From Candidatus Hydrogenedentota bacterium (GTDB lineage: Bacteria > Hydrogenedentota > Hydrogenedentia > Hydrogenedentales > GCA-2746185), in contig JASJYE010000001.1 in assembly GCA_030123645.1 (NCBI GenBank), positions 1-30,197 of the forward strand: a stretch of 30,197 nt of DNA, written 5' to 3'. How positions within the stretch are numbered: the stretch's first letter is position 1; each line of letters opens with the position of its first letter. The notes below the pieces were generated by a model. That model was not told the DNA's origin. It ran no database searches and was given only the letters and a program-made list of their open reading frames with translations. This document shows, piece by piece, positions 9,444-18,864 of the stretch. A program made the translations under genes and the position numbers.

Positions 9444-10946
9444 CTAACGTTCAATCTCTTCGATCTGGCTTACTACCTCGGGCGCCGCTTTGCGCATCAT
9501 CCGTTGAATCACCGCGTGCATCCACCACAGACATACGCAGCTGAGCACGGCGAAGAACATCCAGCACGTGGTCCACAACCCGGTTCCCTCGAGCATGTAG
9601 CCGAAGAGGATCGGACAGAAAAAACCGCCCAGTCCGCCGACGACCCCCACGATGCCGCCGACGACGCCGACCTCATCGGGAAAATACTCGGGGATATGTT
9701 TGTACACCGCCGCCTTGCCGATGCCCATCATGATCCCGATAACGAACACCAGGGCCGTGAACACCCAGACGTTGGCCTGGAAATAGATGTGGGTCACGCC
9801 GCGCGCGATGAGCTGCTTCTTGGCAATCTCCTGGCCCACTTCGACAATGGGCTCTTGCCACGAAGCGCTCTTCGGCCAGATGAGCGTGTCCGAGTTCTTC
9901 TGCTCCTCCGTGAGCGTCGTTCCCGTTGCGCCCCGCACCGCGTAACTCTTGTCGCCCACGACTATTTCCGTGTCTGACACAGACGTGACGGTGCCGCCGG
10001 CCTTGGCCATGATGCCTCGTCCGGGAGATTCCACGTCCATGCGCGGGATAATCAGCAGCGCCGCACTGATGGCGATCGATCCCAGCACCCAGTACATGAC
10101 GCGCCGCGCGCCCAACACGTCCGACATCCAGCCGCCGAGGGCGCGAATAACGCCGGATGGTAGGCTGAATATAGCGGCCATGAGGCCAGCTGTCGCCACG
10201 CTCATTGCGTAGGCGTTCACGTAGTAGGGGATGAGCCACTGGGCCAGCGCGACGAATCCGCCGAACACCAGGAAGTAGTAGAGGCCGAAGCGCCACACGC
10301 GCACATGCCTGAGCGGGGAAAGCCGTTGCGCGAAGTTCGTGATGTGAGAGTCGTCCACCTTCTTCGAATGGGCGAAGACGGCAAACACGATGGCCATGGC
10401 CAGCAACATGCCCGCGTACAGCTTCGGCATGGTCCGCCACGCCTCGATGTTTTCACCATCGTTCGTCAGCCGCGCGAGCAGTTGAGGCGCGAAGATACTC
10501 GTTAACGCAGCCCCCGCGTTGCCGGCGCCGAAAATCCCCAAGGCCGTGCCTTGCCGTTCCCTCGAGAACCACACGGAGGTGTACGCAATACCCACGGCAA
10601 AAGACGTCCCCGCGATGCCGAAGCCGAGGCTGCAGAAGAAAAACGCCCAGTAACTGTCCATCATGCTCATGAGATACATGGGTACGGCCGAGATAAGCAT
10701 CACCCCCGTAAAGACAATGCGGCCGCCGTATTTGTCGGTGAGAATGCCCACTGGAAGGCGAATCAGGGCGCCGCTCAACACGGGTATCCCGATGAGCCAG
10801 CCGATCTGCGATTCGGACCAGGTAAAGACCTGGTTTTCGACAAGGAAGGTGACCAACACCCCGTTGAGCATCCAGCACGCAAAGCACACGGTGAATGCCA
10901 CCGTGTTGAGCGTCAATACGCTAATTGCTCTCGCTTTGTCTTGCAT
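9444..10946 (-). CDS. narK: NarK1-type nitrate MFS transporter with ~90-aa loop insertion
   Basis: LNTVAFTVCFACW, LIRLPVGILTDKYGGR, GIAGTSFAVG, GAGNAG, GIGKAAVYKHIP, GGLGGFF. Confidence 0.92.
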   Translation of the reverse strand: MQDKARAISVLTLNTVAFTVCFACWMLNGVLVTFLVENQVFTWSESQIGWLIGIPVLSGALIRLPVGILTDKYGGRIVFTGVMLISAVPMYLMSMMDSYWAFFFCSLGFGIAGTSFAVGIAYTSVWFSRERQGTALGIFGAGNAGAALTSIFAPQLLARLTNDGENIEAWRTMPKLYAGMLLAMAIVFAVFAHSKKVDDSHITNFAQRLSPLRHVRVWRFGLYYFLVFGGFVALAQWLIPYYVNAYAMSVATAGLMAAIFSLPSGVIRALGGWMSDVLGARRVMYWVLGSIAISAALLIIPRMDVESPGRGIMAKAGGTVTSVSDTEIVVGDKSYAVRGATGTTLTEEQKNSDTLIWPKSASWQEPIVEVGQEIAKKQLIARGVTHIYFQANVWVFTALVFVIGIMMGIGKAAVYKHIPEYFPDEVGVVGGIVGVVGGLGGFFCPILFGYMLEGTGLWTTCWMFFAVLSCVCLWWMHAVIQRMMRKAAPEVVSQIEEIER

Positions 10947-11040
10947 ATGTGACGACCTCCAACCGTCGTCCTGCCGCCTGGGTCTTCGGCCCGATCCGTC
11001 CCCCTACAACTCCTTCAGCGCCGCGCCCTGCTACGCCGCG

Positions 11041-11715
11041 TCACTCGCCATACCAACGCACGACTTGCGGCTTACGCCAGAGGTAGGGGTTGGGGATGAC
11101 TAAGATATGTACGAGCCGCGTAAACGGGAAGAAACCGACAACGAGAAACGCGTTGATGATGTGCAACTTTATCAGCATAGGCATGCCCACGATGTAGCTG
11201 ATGTCGGGGTTGAAAATGAACAAGGAGCGCAAGTACGGCGTGAGCGAAGCCGCGAACCACGACGAGCCCCAGGGGTGAATCACGGCGATGGCAATACCGG
11301 TCACGACCTGGAAAACCAACAGGGCGTACAAGATAACGTCCGCCGGCGTGGACACTACGCGCAATTTCGAGTTCGTGAACCGGCGCACGATCATCGCGAT
11401 CAACCCCACGAGGGTCAGCACGGCGCAGGCCAGCCCGGTCACTTCGAGAAGGTAGAGGCGCATAGGGGCGCTGTTCCACGACAAGATGGCCCGCGGCATG
11501 AGAAAGGCCAACAGATGCCCGGCGAACACCGCGAGTATGCCGTAGTGAAAGGGCACCATGGCCCAGAAATGACGCTTGTTCTCGAGCAATTGCGTCGACA
11601 GACTCGAAAAGGTGAAGCTCTGAGAGCGGTAGCGCTGAATGCTCACGAGCAGCAGTGTGAACACCGCCACGTAGGGAAGCGCCGCAAACATCAATATGTC
11701 GAAATAGCTACTCAT
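11041..11715 (-). CDS. narI: Respiratory nitrate reductase gamma subunit (dihaem cytochrome b)
   Basis: Four haem-b His ligands in FHYGILAVFAGH and KLHI...PFTRLVH; five TM helices; position after narJ. Confidence 0.95.
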   Translation of the reverse strand: MSSYFDILMFAALPYVAVFTLLLVSIQRYRSQSFTFSSLSTQLLENKRHFWAMVPFHYGILAVFAGHLLAFLMPRAILSWNSAPMRLYLLEVTGLACAVLTLVGLIAMIVRRFTNSKLRVVSTPADVILYALLVFQVVTGIAIAVIHPWGSSWFAASLTPYLRSLFIFNPDISYIVGMPMLIKLHIINAFLVVGFFPFTRLVHILVIPNPYLWRKPQVVRWYGE

Positions 11716-12298
11716 GGTTGGCCTCCTTCAGAGCGAATACGCCCGAATAATCCGGTGGGTCCTCCTCGGCGGCCTCTTCGATGTATCGGCCGTACCGTGC
11801 TTCGAGCAAGTTCGCGATTCCCTGAATGAGGGGGCGGTAGGGGTTGCCCTTCTTGACCGCGCCCAGGATCTTGTCCACGGCGGGAACCAGACAACAGACG
11901 GCGAAACTGATTGCGTCCTCTTCGGACATGCGCCCGAGCACGCGCAACACGTTTGTGAGGTGATCGGGCAATTCCGTCGTTTCCGGAATTTTGAGACGCC
12001 GCATCTCGTTCCGTATCTTCACCATGTACAGCCCCCGGTTATACTCCTCGCCGAAGAGTTGCCAACCCGTATCGAGACTGCAAAGAGGATTGAGGTCGAA
12101 GGTTTGGATGTAACGCTCTTCCAGCTCGCTCAGCGACTTCCCCTCGATGCTGGCCATGAAGGCCTCGGCCTGTTCCACGACGGCCGGGGCCTCGACGGCG
12201 GCCATGTCCCGGTAGCGGAGCACCCGCTCGGCGTAGTCGCGTTCTGGGTAGGTCAATACGGCGGCCAGCGCCTCGCACAGTGTGTCGAAATCGCGCAT
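11708..12298 (-). CDS. narJ: Nitrate reductase Mo-cofactor assembly chaperone (delta subunit)
   Basis: Y-QTFD, GEEYNRG, ELPDHL motifs; between narH and narI with overlapping codons. Confidence 0.92.
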   Translation of the reverse strand: MRDFDTLCEALAAVLTYPERDYAERVLRYRDMAAVEAPAVVEQAEAFMASIEGKSLSELEERYIQTFDLNPLCSLDTGWQLFGEEYNRGLYMVKIRNEMRRLKIPETTELPDHLTNVLRVLGRMSEEDAISFAVCCLVPAVDKILGAVKKGNPYRPLIQGIANLLEARYGRYIEEAAEEDPPDYSGVFALKEANHE

Positions 12299-13788
12299 TA
12301 CAGTCCCCTCCTGGGCCCCGAGAGGAACCCGAAGCCCGTGCCCTGTTTGTGCTCCATGGGATCTTTCAGCGCCTCGATGGCCTCCTCACGATGGGCCGGC
12401 GGAATGACGAAGCGTTGATCGAAGGTACAAAGCGACGTGAGTTCGTAAATCGCCTGCGCCTCTTTGACGGTGCAATCGGCCTCTTTGAGCATTCGCTCTG
12501 CCGTTTCCAGATCGACGTCGCCTACCGTGACCGCCCGGCGATACCAACGCACGGACTTCTCCTTGCGCAAAGCGTAGAGCACCTTGCCTTCTTGGCCGCC
12601 GCCAAGCAGATTGCCCAAGAATTTCATCGGCACGCGCGCCTCTTCGATATCGTGGAAGAGGTTTTCGCTAATACTGTCCAGTCCCCCGGCTTTCTGCTGC
12701 GCCATGACCGGCGCCATGGGCGGCACATAAAACAGCATCGGAAGCGTGCGGTATTCGATATGCGGCGGCAGCGCCAGCTTCCATACCTTGACGTATTGAT
12801 AGACGGGCGACTCTTGGGCGGACTTGATGGTCGATTCCGCGATGCCGTTCTTCAGCGCATTCTCGATGACATGGGAATCATTCGGATCGAGAATCATGGA
12901 ACGCTGACCGTCGATAAGTTCCTCTTGCGGTAGATTGCTGACCTCTTCGATACGATCGGCGTCGTAGAGCAAGACGCCCAAATAGCGGATGCGGCCGACG
13001 CAGGAGTGGAAGCAGGCGGGAGCCTGACCCGTTTCAATACGGGGGAAGCATAGAATGCATTTCTCCGACTTCCCCGTGAACCAGTTGAAATATACCTTCT
13101 TATAGGGACAGGCCGCGATGCAGGAACGCCAGGCCCGGCAGCGCTTTTGGTCCACGAGGACGATGCCGTCTTCGCCGCGCTTATACAGTGCCCCCGAAGG
13201 ACATGACGCCACGCAGGCCGGGTTCATGCAATGGTTGCAGATCCGGGGGAAGTAGAAAAAGACCAGTTGTTCGATGGACATTAATTGAAGGCGCTGTTCC
13301 TTTGTGAGTCCTTCAAGGTTTGGATCGTTTGCCGCATAGATCGGCGAGCCGCCAAGGTCATCGTCCCAGTTGGGCCCCGATTCGATGTCGATGTACTCGC
13401 CCGTGACCATGGAGATCGGCTTCGCCGTGGGTTGATCGGGGCCTTCGGGCGCGTTAAAGAGATTCTGATAATCGTAGGTCCACGGTTCGTAGTAGTCGTC
13501 CATGCTGGGCATGTTCGGATTGTGGAAAATGTTCGGGATGATCCGCCCCTTGCCCGTGGATTTCAGGCGGATCTTGCCATTGTGCTTTTCCCATCCGCCT
13601 TTGAACTTGTCCTGGTCTTCCCACAGAGCGGGGAAGCCGGTCCCCGGCTTCGTTTCCACGTTGTTCCACCACATGTAATCGGTGCCTTTGCGGTCCGTCC
13701 AGATGTTCTTGCAGGCAATGCTACAGGTATGGCACCCGATGCATTTGTCAAGATGGAAGACCATGGAGATTTGAGAGCGCACATTCAT
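12298..13788 (-). CDS. narH: Respiratory nitrate reductase beta (Fe-S) subunit
   Basis: LDKCIGCHTCSIACK, WWNNVETKPG, CNHCMNPACVASCPSG, CRAWRSCIAACPYKK, EKCILCFPR...CFHSCVGRIR. Confidence 0.97.
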   Translation of the reverse strand: MNVRSQISMVFHLDKCIGCHTCSIACKNIWTDRKGTDYMWWNNVETKPGTGFPALWEDQDKFKGGWEKHNGKIRLKSTGKGRIIPNIFHNPNMPSMDDYYEPWTYDYQNLFNAPEGPDQPTAKPISMVTGEYIDIESGPNWDDDLGGSPIYAANDPNLEGLTKEQRLQLMSIEQLVFFYFPRICNHCMNPACVASCPSGALYKRGEDGIVLVDQKRCRAWRSCIAACPYKKVYFNWFTGKSEKCILCFPRIETGQAPACFHSCVGRIRYLGVLLYDADRIEEVSNLPQEELIDGQRSMILDPNDSHVIENALKNGIAESTIKSAQESPVYQYVKVWKLALPPHIEYRTLPMLFYVPPMAPVMAQQKAGGLDSISENLFHDIEEARVPMKFLGNLLGGGQEGKVLYALRKEKSVRWYRRAVTVGDVDLETAERMLKEADCTVKEAQAIYELTSLCTFDQRFVIPPAHREEAIEALKDPMEHKQGTGFGFLSGPRRGL

Positions 13789-13806
13789 GGGAAGCGATCC
13801 TTCTCG

Positions 13807-16800
13807 TTACCACTTAAGTTCGGGTAATTTGCGTACCATAATATGGGTGTCGCGGTTGCAGCCGATGGGACCCCAGTAATTGAAGTGATAGGTAAACTGT
13901 CCGTAACCGCCGGCCAGGAAATTGGGTTTGAGACGCGTCCGCGTCAAGCTGTTGTGGCCCCCCGCCCTGCGATTGTTGCGCAAGGGGGACTTGGGCACCG
14001 AGATGGTTCGCTCGGGCGAATGGTACTGAATGCACACCCCGGGAGGAATGCGCGCACTGACGACCGAGCGCGTCACCACCACACCGTGGTCGTTGTAGAT
14101 CTCTACCCAGTCGTTGTCGTTGACGCCGATATCGGCCGCGTCCTTGACGTTCATCCAAAGCGGTTCGACCCCGCGCGACAAGGTCGTCATCCGCTGGTTG
14201 TCGCCATAGGTCGAGTGGATGTGCCACTTTCCGTGAGGCGTCAAATAATTCAGCGTCTTCGTTGGCCCCTCTTCCTTGCTGAACTGCATGTCCGCATATT
14301 GGGTGGGCAACGGCTTAGGTTTGAAGGTGGGGAGATGTTCGCCAAATTGCAGATACATGGGATGATCAAGATAGAAATGCTGGCGCCCGGTGAGCGTTCG
14401 CCAAGGCACGAGCATCTCGACGTTGTAGGTGAAAGGGGAATAGGGACGGCCCTTTTCAATGAGGGCCGACCACATCGGACTGTTGATAAAGCGCTGGGGC
14501 CCGTTCTGCAGGCCCTTGTAAGTGGCGCGGACGGACCGGCTGTTCTCGGCCAGTTGCGCGAGCGGCAGACCGACTTTCTCCTCGATATTCTTGTACGAAC
14601 GGTAAGCCAACTCACCGTTGGTGACACTTGCGAATTCCAGGATGATGTTGCAGACGTCGGCGTCTTCCTTCAGCGAGAGGTAGCGATTATCATCCCATTC
14701 TTGAGTGGGAAGACTCTTCAGGGACTCTTCGTACAAATCGGCCACTTCGTAATGTGTGCCGTGCGCCCCCAGGCCCTTCTCCGAAACCAAGGGCCCCCAG
14801 GAAATGAACTGCTTATACAGATTCTTATAGTCGCGTTCGACGATATTCAGGTTGGGCATGGTCTTGCCCGGAATCGCCTCGCACTCGCCGGCCTGCCAAT
14901 CTTGCAGACTCGGCTGCGAAATCTCGGCGGGCGTGTCGTGGGCCAGGGGCGTGGCCACAAGGTCTTTGACCTTCTCCGGGAAATGGGTCTCGGCCAACTC
15001 GGAGAACTTCTTGGCGATGGCCTGAAAGATCTGCCAGTCGCTCTTCGATTCCCAACACGGCGGCACTGCCTCGGACAGCGGATGAATAAAACTGTGCAAG
15101 TCGGTCGAGTTCAGATCCGCCTTCTCGTACCACGTCGCCGCGGGCAATACGATATCGGAATACAACGCCGAGGTGTCCATCCTGAAATTGAGATCGACGA
15201 CCAGATCCATCTTCCCTTCAGGGGCGTTCTTGTGCCACTCGATCGTCTTGATGGTGTCCTCCGCCATGTCTTTGGCGATCATGTTGGTATGGGTGCCCAG
15301 GTAATGCTTGAGGAAGTATTCATGCCCCTTCGAGCTGGACATCAGGGCGTTGCCACGCCAGATGTACCACACCCGCGGCCAATTCTCCTCCGCGTCCGGA
15401 TCCTCGACGGAAAAGCGCGTCTCTCCAGATTTCAATTGGCCGACGACGTTCTGTATCACCTCCTCGTCGTTCTGAGCGCCGTTGGCTTCGGCTTCGGCGA
15501 CGATATCGATGGGGTTCTTGTTGAACTGCGGATAGAAGGGCATCCATCCGGAACGCACGGAGCGGGATTGCACCTCCATCGTGTGCCCCTTTGCCAGCGT
15601 GTCGGGCGGCTGATGGCGCGGCACCGTGTGATAATCCGTGAAGCTCTTCTCGTAACGCCACTGGTCCGTGTGCACATAGTGCCAACTGGGTGCGTTCTGC
15701 AACCGAGACGGCGGATACCAATCCTTGGCCATGGCCACGCTGCCCCAGGATTCCGCCGGCGCCAGTTTCTCCTGCCCGACGTAGTGGGCGAGCCCGCCGC
15801 CGTTTACGCCGACGCAGCCGCAGAACATCAGCGCGTTCATGCCGGCGCGGTACATCAGATTGCCGTGATACCAGTGGTTGATGCCGGCCCCGATGATGAT
15901 GATGCATTTGCCCTTGGTCAGTTCGGCGGTCTTGCCCCATTCGCGGGCAAAGCGGATGACCATGTCGCGGCTCATGCCCGTGTATTTCTCCGACCATGCG
16001 GGCGTGTACGGCGTATCGTCGTCATAGCTTTCGGGATAGGCGCCCTCGAGCCCGCGCACCACGCCGAACTGAGCCATCAAGAGGTCGTAGACCGTGGCCA
16101 CAAGAACCGTTTCGCCCGAACTCGTCTTGATCTTCTTCACGGGGACGCCGCGGTTTAGTTCGGTACCCTCTCCAAAATCGTCGAAATTGACCTGGACCAC
16201 GCAATCGTTTTCGTTCAGAAATGTCAGCGCCGGCGCAATCTTGCTGCCGTCCAGACCGTCTTCCAGTTTCAGGTTCCACTTGCCTTTTTCTTCGCCCCAG
16301 CGGAATCCGCCGCTCCCCATGGGCATTTTGGGCTTCTTCTCGTCTTCGTCCCACATCAGGAACTTCCAGTCGCCGTTCTCGATGCCGGTGTAGCCGTCGA
16401 GCCGGTTCGCACGAAGCAACTGCTCCGGACGATACACGCCTTTTTCGTCGGTTTCTTTCACCTCAACCAGCAGCGGGGAATCCGTGTAGCGTTTCACGTA
16501 ATCGATGAAATAGGGCACCTGGCGCTCGTGATGAAATTCGGTGAGCAGCACGTGATTGACCGCCATCCACCACGCGCCATCCTGCCCCGCGTTCAGCGAG
16601 ACCCACTCATCGGCATACTTGGCCACCTGGTTGAAGTCGGGCGCGAAAACCCACATCTTCGTTCCGTTGTGGCGTGCTTCCGCCGCGAAATGGCAATCCG
16701 GGGTGCGCGTCATATTGAGATTGGATCCCACGACCGCCAGCAACTTGGCGTTGTACCAATCCGCGGACTCGTGAACGTCGGTCTGCTCGCCCCAGAGTTC

Positions 16801-17454
16801 CGGCGAGGCGGTGGGCAAATCGCAGTACCAATCATAGAACGAGAGCGAGACGCCTCCCATGAGCTGCAGCATCCGCGAGCCGGCGGCGTAGCTAATCATC
16901 GACATGGCTGGAATCGGCGAGAATCCCGCAATACGGTCCGGCCCATGTTTCTTGATGGTATGAATATTCGCCGCCGCCATGATTTCAAGGACCGTGTCCC
17001 AACTGGCCCGGCGGAAGCCGCCCTTGCCGCGCGCCTTCTGCCAACGCTTTCGGGCCTCGGGGTTCTCCACCAGGGAGGTCCACGCGGCAACGGGGTCTTC
17101 ATGCTCCGCGCGTGCCTTTCGCCACAAGTCCAGCATGGCGCCCCGGATGTAGGGGTACTTCACGCGCAACGGGCTGTAGAGATACCAGGAATAGGAGATG
17201 CCGCGCTGGCAACCCCGGGGCTCGTAGGGCGGGAGGCCGGCCTCGAGTTCGGGATAATCGAGTTGCTGCATCTCCCACGTGACGATCCCGTCCTTCACAT
17301 AGATGGCCCAACTGCAGCCGCCCGTGCAGTTTACGCCGTGAGTGCTGCGCACTATTTTGTCGTGTTGCCAGCGATTCCGGTAGAACTCCTCCCAGCCTCT
17401 GAGCTTGGGATCGCATTCGTCTTTTATCCAGCTTATGGCGTTCTTAAATTTCAT
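13807..17454 (-). CDS. narG: Respiratory nitrate reductase alpha subunit (Mo-bisMGD, cytoplasmic NarG/NxrA clade)
   Basis: [13 protein letters not shown] (His/Cys FS0 motif), [10 protein letters not shown] (Asp Mo ligand), [24 protein letters not shown]; no Tat signal. ATG 17454 has GAGG upstream; GTG 17466 is the alternative start. Confidence 0.96.
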   Translation of the reverse strand: MKFKNAISWIKDECDPKLRGWEEFYRNRWQHDKIVRSTHGVNCTGGCSWAIYVKDGIVTWEMQQLDYPELEAGLPPYEPRGCQRGISYSWYLYSPLRVKYPYIRGAMLDLWRKARAEHEDPVAAWTSLVENPEARKRWQKARGKGGFRRASWDTVLEIMAAANIHTIKKHGPDRIAGFSPIPAMSMISYAAGSRMLQLMGGVSLSFYDWYCDLPTASPELWGEQTDVHESADWYNAKLLAVVGSNLNMTRTPDCHFAAEARHNGTKMWVFAPDFNQVAKYADEWVSLNAGQDGAWWMAVNHVLLTEFHHERQVPYFIDYVKRYTDSPLLVEVKETDEKGVYRPEQLLRANRLDGYTGIENGDWKFLMWDEDEKKPKMPMGSGGFRWGEEKGKWNLKLEDGLDGSKIAPALTFLNENDCVVQVNFDDFGEGTELNRGVPVKKIKTSSGETVLVATVYDLLMAQFGVVRGLEGAYPESYDDDTPYTPAWSEKYTGMSRDMVIRFAREWGKTAELTKGKCIIIIGAGINHWYHGNLMYRAGMNALMFCGCVGVNGGGLAHYVGQEKLAPAESWGSVAMAKDWYPPSRLQNAPSWHYVHTDQWRYEKSFTDYHTVPRHQPPDTLAKGHTMEVQSRSVRSGWMPFYPQFNKNPIDIVAEAEANGAQNDEEVIQNVVGQLKSGETRFSVEDPDAEENWPRVWYIWRGNALMSSSKGHEYFLKHYLGTHTNMIAKDMAEDTIKTIEWHKNAPEGKMDLVVDLNFRMDTSALYSDIVLPAATWYEKADLNSTDLHSFIHPLSEAVPPCWESKSDWQIFQAIAKKFSELAETHFPEKVKDLVATPLAHDTPAEISQPSLQDWQAGECEAIPGKTMPNLNIVERDYKNLYKQFISWGPLVSEKGLGAHGTHYEVADLYEESLKSLPTQEWDDNRYLSLKEDADVCNIILEFASVTNGELAYRSYKNIEEKVGLPLAQLAENSRSVRATYKGLQNGPQRFINSPMWSALIEKGRPYSPFTYNVEMLVPWRTLTGRQHFYLDHPMYLQFGEHLPTFKPKPLPTQYADMQFSKEEGPTKTLNYLTPHGKWHIHSTYGDNQRMTTLSRGVEPLWMNVKDAADIGVNDNDWVEIYNDHGVVVTRSVVSARIPPGVCIQYHSPERTISVPKSPLRNNRRAGGHNSLTRTRLKPNFLAGGYGQFTYHFNYWGPIGCNRDTHIMVRKLPELKW

Positions 17455-17462
17455 CGTTCGCC

Positions 17463-18335
17463 TCACAGTTTTTCGCTTTCAACTAAGGGCCGCCGTACGG
17501 CGAGGAAACGCCCCTTCCAAACAAAATCAAAGAACATCAGCGCCAACGCCGCCCCGCCAGCGCCCAGCAGCGCAAAGGTCAGTTGGGCTTGCGACTTTGC
17601 GGGCTTCCCCGCCTGGGCGCGATCCTCGAAAAGCGCCACCAGCGCGTGGATTTCGTCCGATTCCATCGCAGCAGCCTTAAACACAGAATTCATCGTGGGC
17701 GTGGCCGGCGCCATGAGCCATGAACTCAATACCGTGCGGCCCTGGAGCCGTTCGTAGACCAGGGTCAAATCGCCCCGTTCCGGATCGAGATTGCCGCCCC
17801 CCAAGCCCCCAAGGCCCGAAACCGAATGGCACGAATAGCACGCGGGCCCGCCGTTCTTCAGTTTTCGCGATCCCTTGAAAATCGCCAGGCCCCGCGCGAC
17901 GTCGGCGGCCGTAAAGGGCTCGTTCGAGATTTGAACGCCCTTGAATTGAGATTCCTCCAAGGCCGATTCCGCTTCGATGAGATCCAGCAGGTAGTCCGCC
18001 CGTTCGGGCGTTATGCCGGGTGGGATGGGCATCACAACCCCCCGGGCCTCGTCGAGCAGTTGAAGCGCGTACGGATCGCCTGCATCCATCTTGGCCTGCG
18101 GATTCAGTATGTACGACTTCAGCCATTCCCGATCCCTGCGCCCGGTGACGTCCTTGAGGTCCGGACCTGTCAATCGCCCGCCGCCGATGGTGTGACAGCT
18201 CGCACAATTCTGTTGGAAGTAGACAGCGGTTTCCTGGGCATTCGCCGGCATAGCGGCCAGCAGAACCATGACCGCCAAGCCTGCTCCGGCCCGCCCAAAC
18301 GATGTTCGCCGCGCCTTTTCACTCCATTTGTTCAT
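17463..18335 (-). CDS. narC: Periplasmic dihaem cytochrome c with C-terminal membrane anchor (Thermus NarC-like)
   Basis: Signal peptide ending AMPANA, CASCH and CYSCH, candidate distal Mets (VVMP, PTM), C-terminal TM; immediately upstream of narG. ATG 18335 chosen from the AGAGGA RBS; 18377 is the alternative. The symbol rests on architecture and position, not a search. Confidence 0.78.
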   Translation of the reverse strand: MNKWSEKARRTSFGRAGAGLAVMVLLAAMPANAQETAVYFQQNCASCHTIGGGRLTGPDLKDVTGRRDREWLKSYILNPQAKMDAGDPYALQLLDEARGVVMPIPPGITPERADYLLDLIEAESALEESQFKGVQISNEPFTAADVARGLAIFKGSRKLKNGGPACYSCHSVSGLGGLGGGNLDPERGDLTLVYERLQGRTVLSSWLMAPATPTMNSVFKAAAMESDEIHALVALFEDRAQAGKPAKSQAQLTFALLGAGGAALALMFFDFVWKGRFLAVRRPLVESEKL

Positions 18336-18390
18336 CGTCCCGATTCCTCTTGACATGATTCTGGTCGTAAATGGCATCCTTTGCCCATGT

Positions 18391-18810
18391 CTATTTCTTC
18401 TTCAGCGGTTTCTTCTTAGCAATCGACGCAATCGTCGTCGTTGTCAAGAAATCTATGTAGGCCAAGCGCACACGGCGGTATTTCACATGCGCGGAGCAAG
18501 CCTCCTCGTCCGAGCAATCATGGTCTTCACCAAGCAGGCATTTCGTCTCCGATTTCACGTTTTCAAACAAGCTCACCACGTCAACGATACAAATCTCACG
18601 GGCAGGTTTGCCCAATCGATATCCGCCGTGTGAGCCCCGAACGGCTTCCACCAATCCCGAGTTTCGCAAGACCAGCATCAGTTTGGACAAATAATTCGCC
18701 GGAATTCGGCACTGGGTCGACAATGTCTGGCCGAAAATCATCTCCTCGCCGGGAAGTTGCGCCAGCTTCACCAAGGCGCGAAGGGCATACTCCGATGTGG
18801 CGGTGAGCAT
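18391..18810 (-). CDS. Rrf2-family transcriptional regulator with Cys3His Fe-S ligand set
   Basis: SEYALRAL, IPANYLSKLMLVLRNSGLVEAVRGSHGGYRL, C-X7-C-X5-C-X2-H (CLLGEDHDCSDEEACSAH). ATG 18810 has GGAG upstream. Confidence 0.92.
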   Translation of the reverse strand: MLTATSEYALRALVKLAQLPGEEMIFGQTLSTQCRIPANYLSKLMLVLRNSGLVEAVRGSHGGYRLGKPAREICIVDVVSLFENVKSETKCLLGEDHDCSDEEACSAHVKYRRVRLAYIDFLTTTTIASIAKKKPLKKK

Positions 18811-18824
18811 AGTTGACTTCTCCA

Positions 18825-18838
18825 TGTAGATGTCTACA
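18825..18838. promoter_or_regulatory. Palindromic candidate operator TGTAGA-N2-TCTACA
   Basis: Perfect 6-2-6 inverted repeat overlapping the -10 element and predicted start site, just upstream of the rrf2 RBS. Confidence 0.55.
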
Positions 18839-18864
18839 ATAGCACATGCCAGCACCACTGTCAA
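18836..18864 (-). promoter_or_regulatory. Sigma70-type promoter for the rrf2-nar-act unit
   Basis: On the minus strand: TTGACA (18864-18859), 17-nt spacer, TATTGT (18841-18836) preceded by TGn (extended -10); about 25 nt upstream of the rrf2 ATG. Confidence 0.7.

Noticed and set aside
13843-16158. 771-aa plus-strand ORF and other long antisense ORFs (168-632, 1238-1921, 3870-4853, 9165-9977, 16528-17757, 24112-25017)
   Set aside because: They lie opposite well-supported genes, carry no recognisable motifs, and are expected shadows of GC-rich codon usage.
17455-17466. Twin-arginine signal on NarG from the MRRT start
   Set aside because: No Tat consensus or hydrophobic region follows; ATG 17454 has the better RBS; narI and narK indicate a cytoplasm-facing enzyme.
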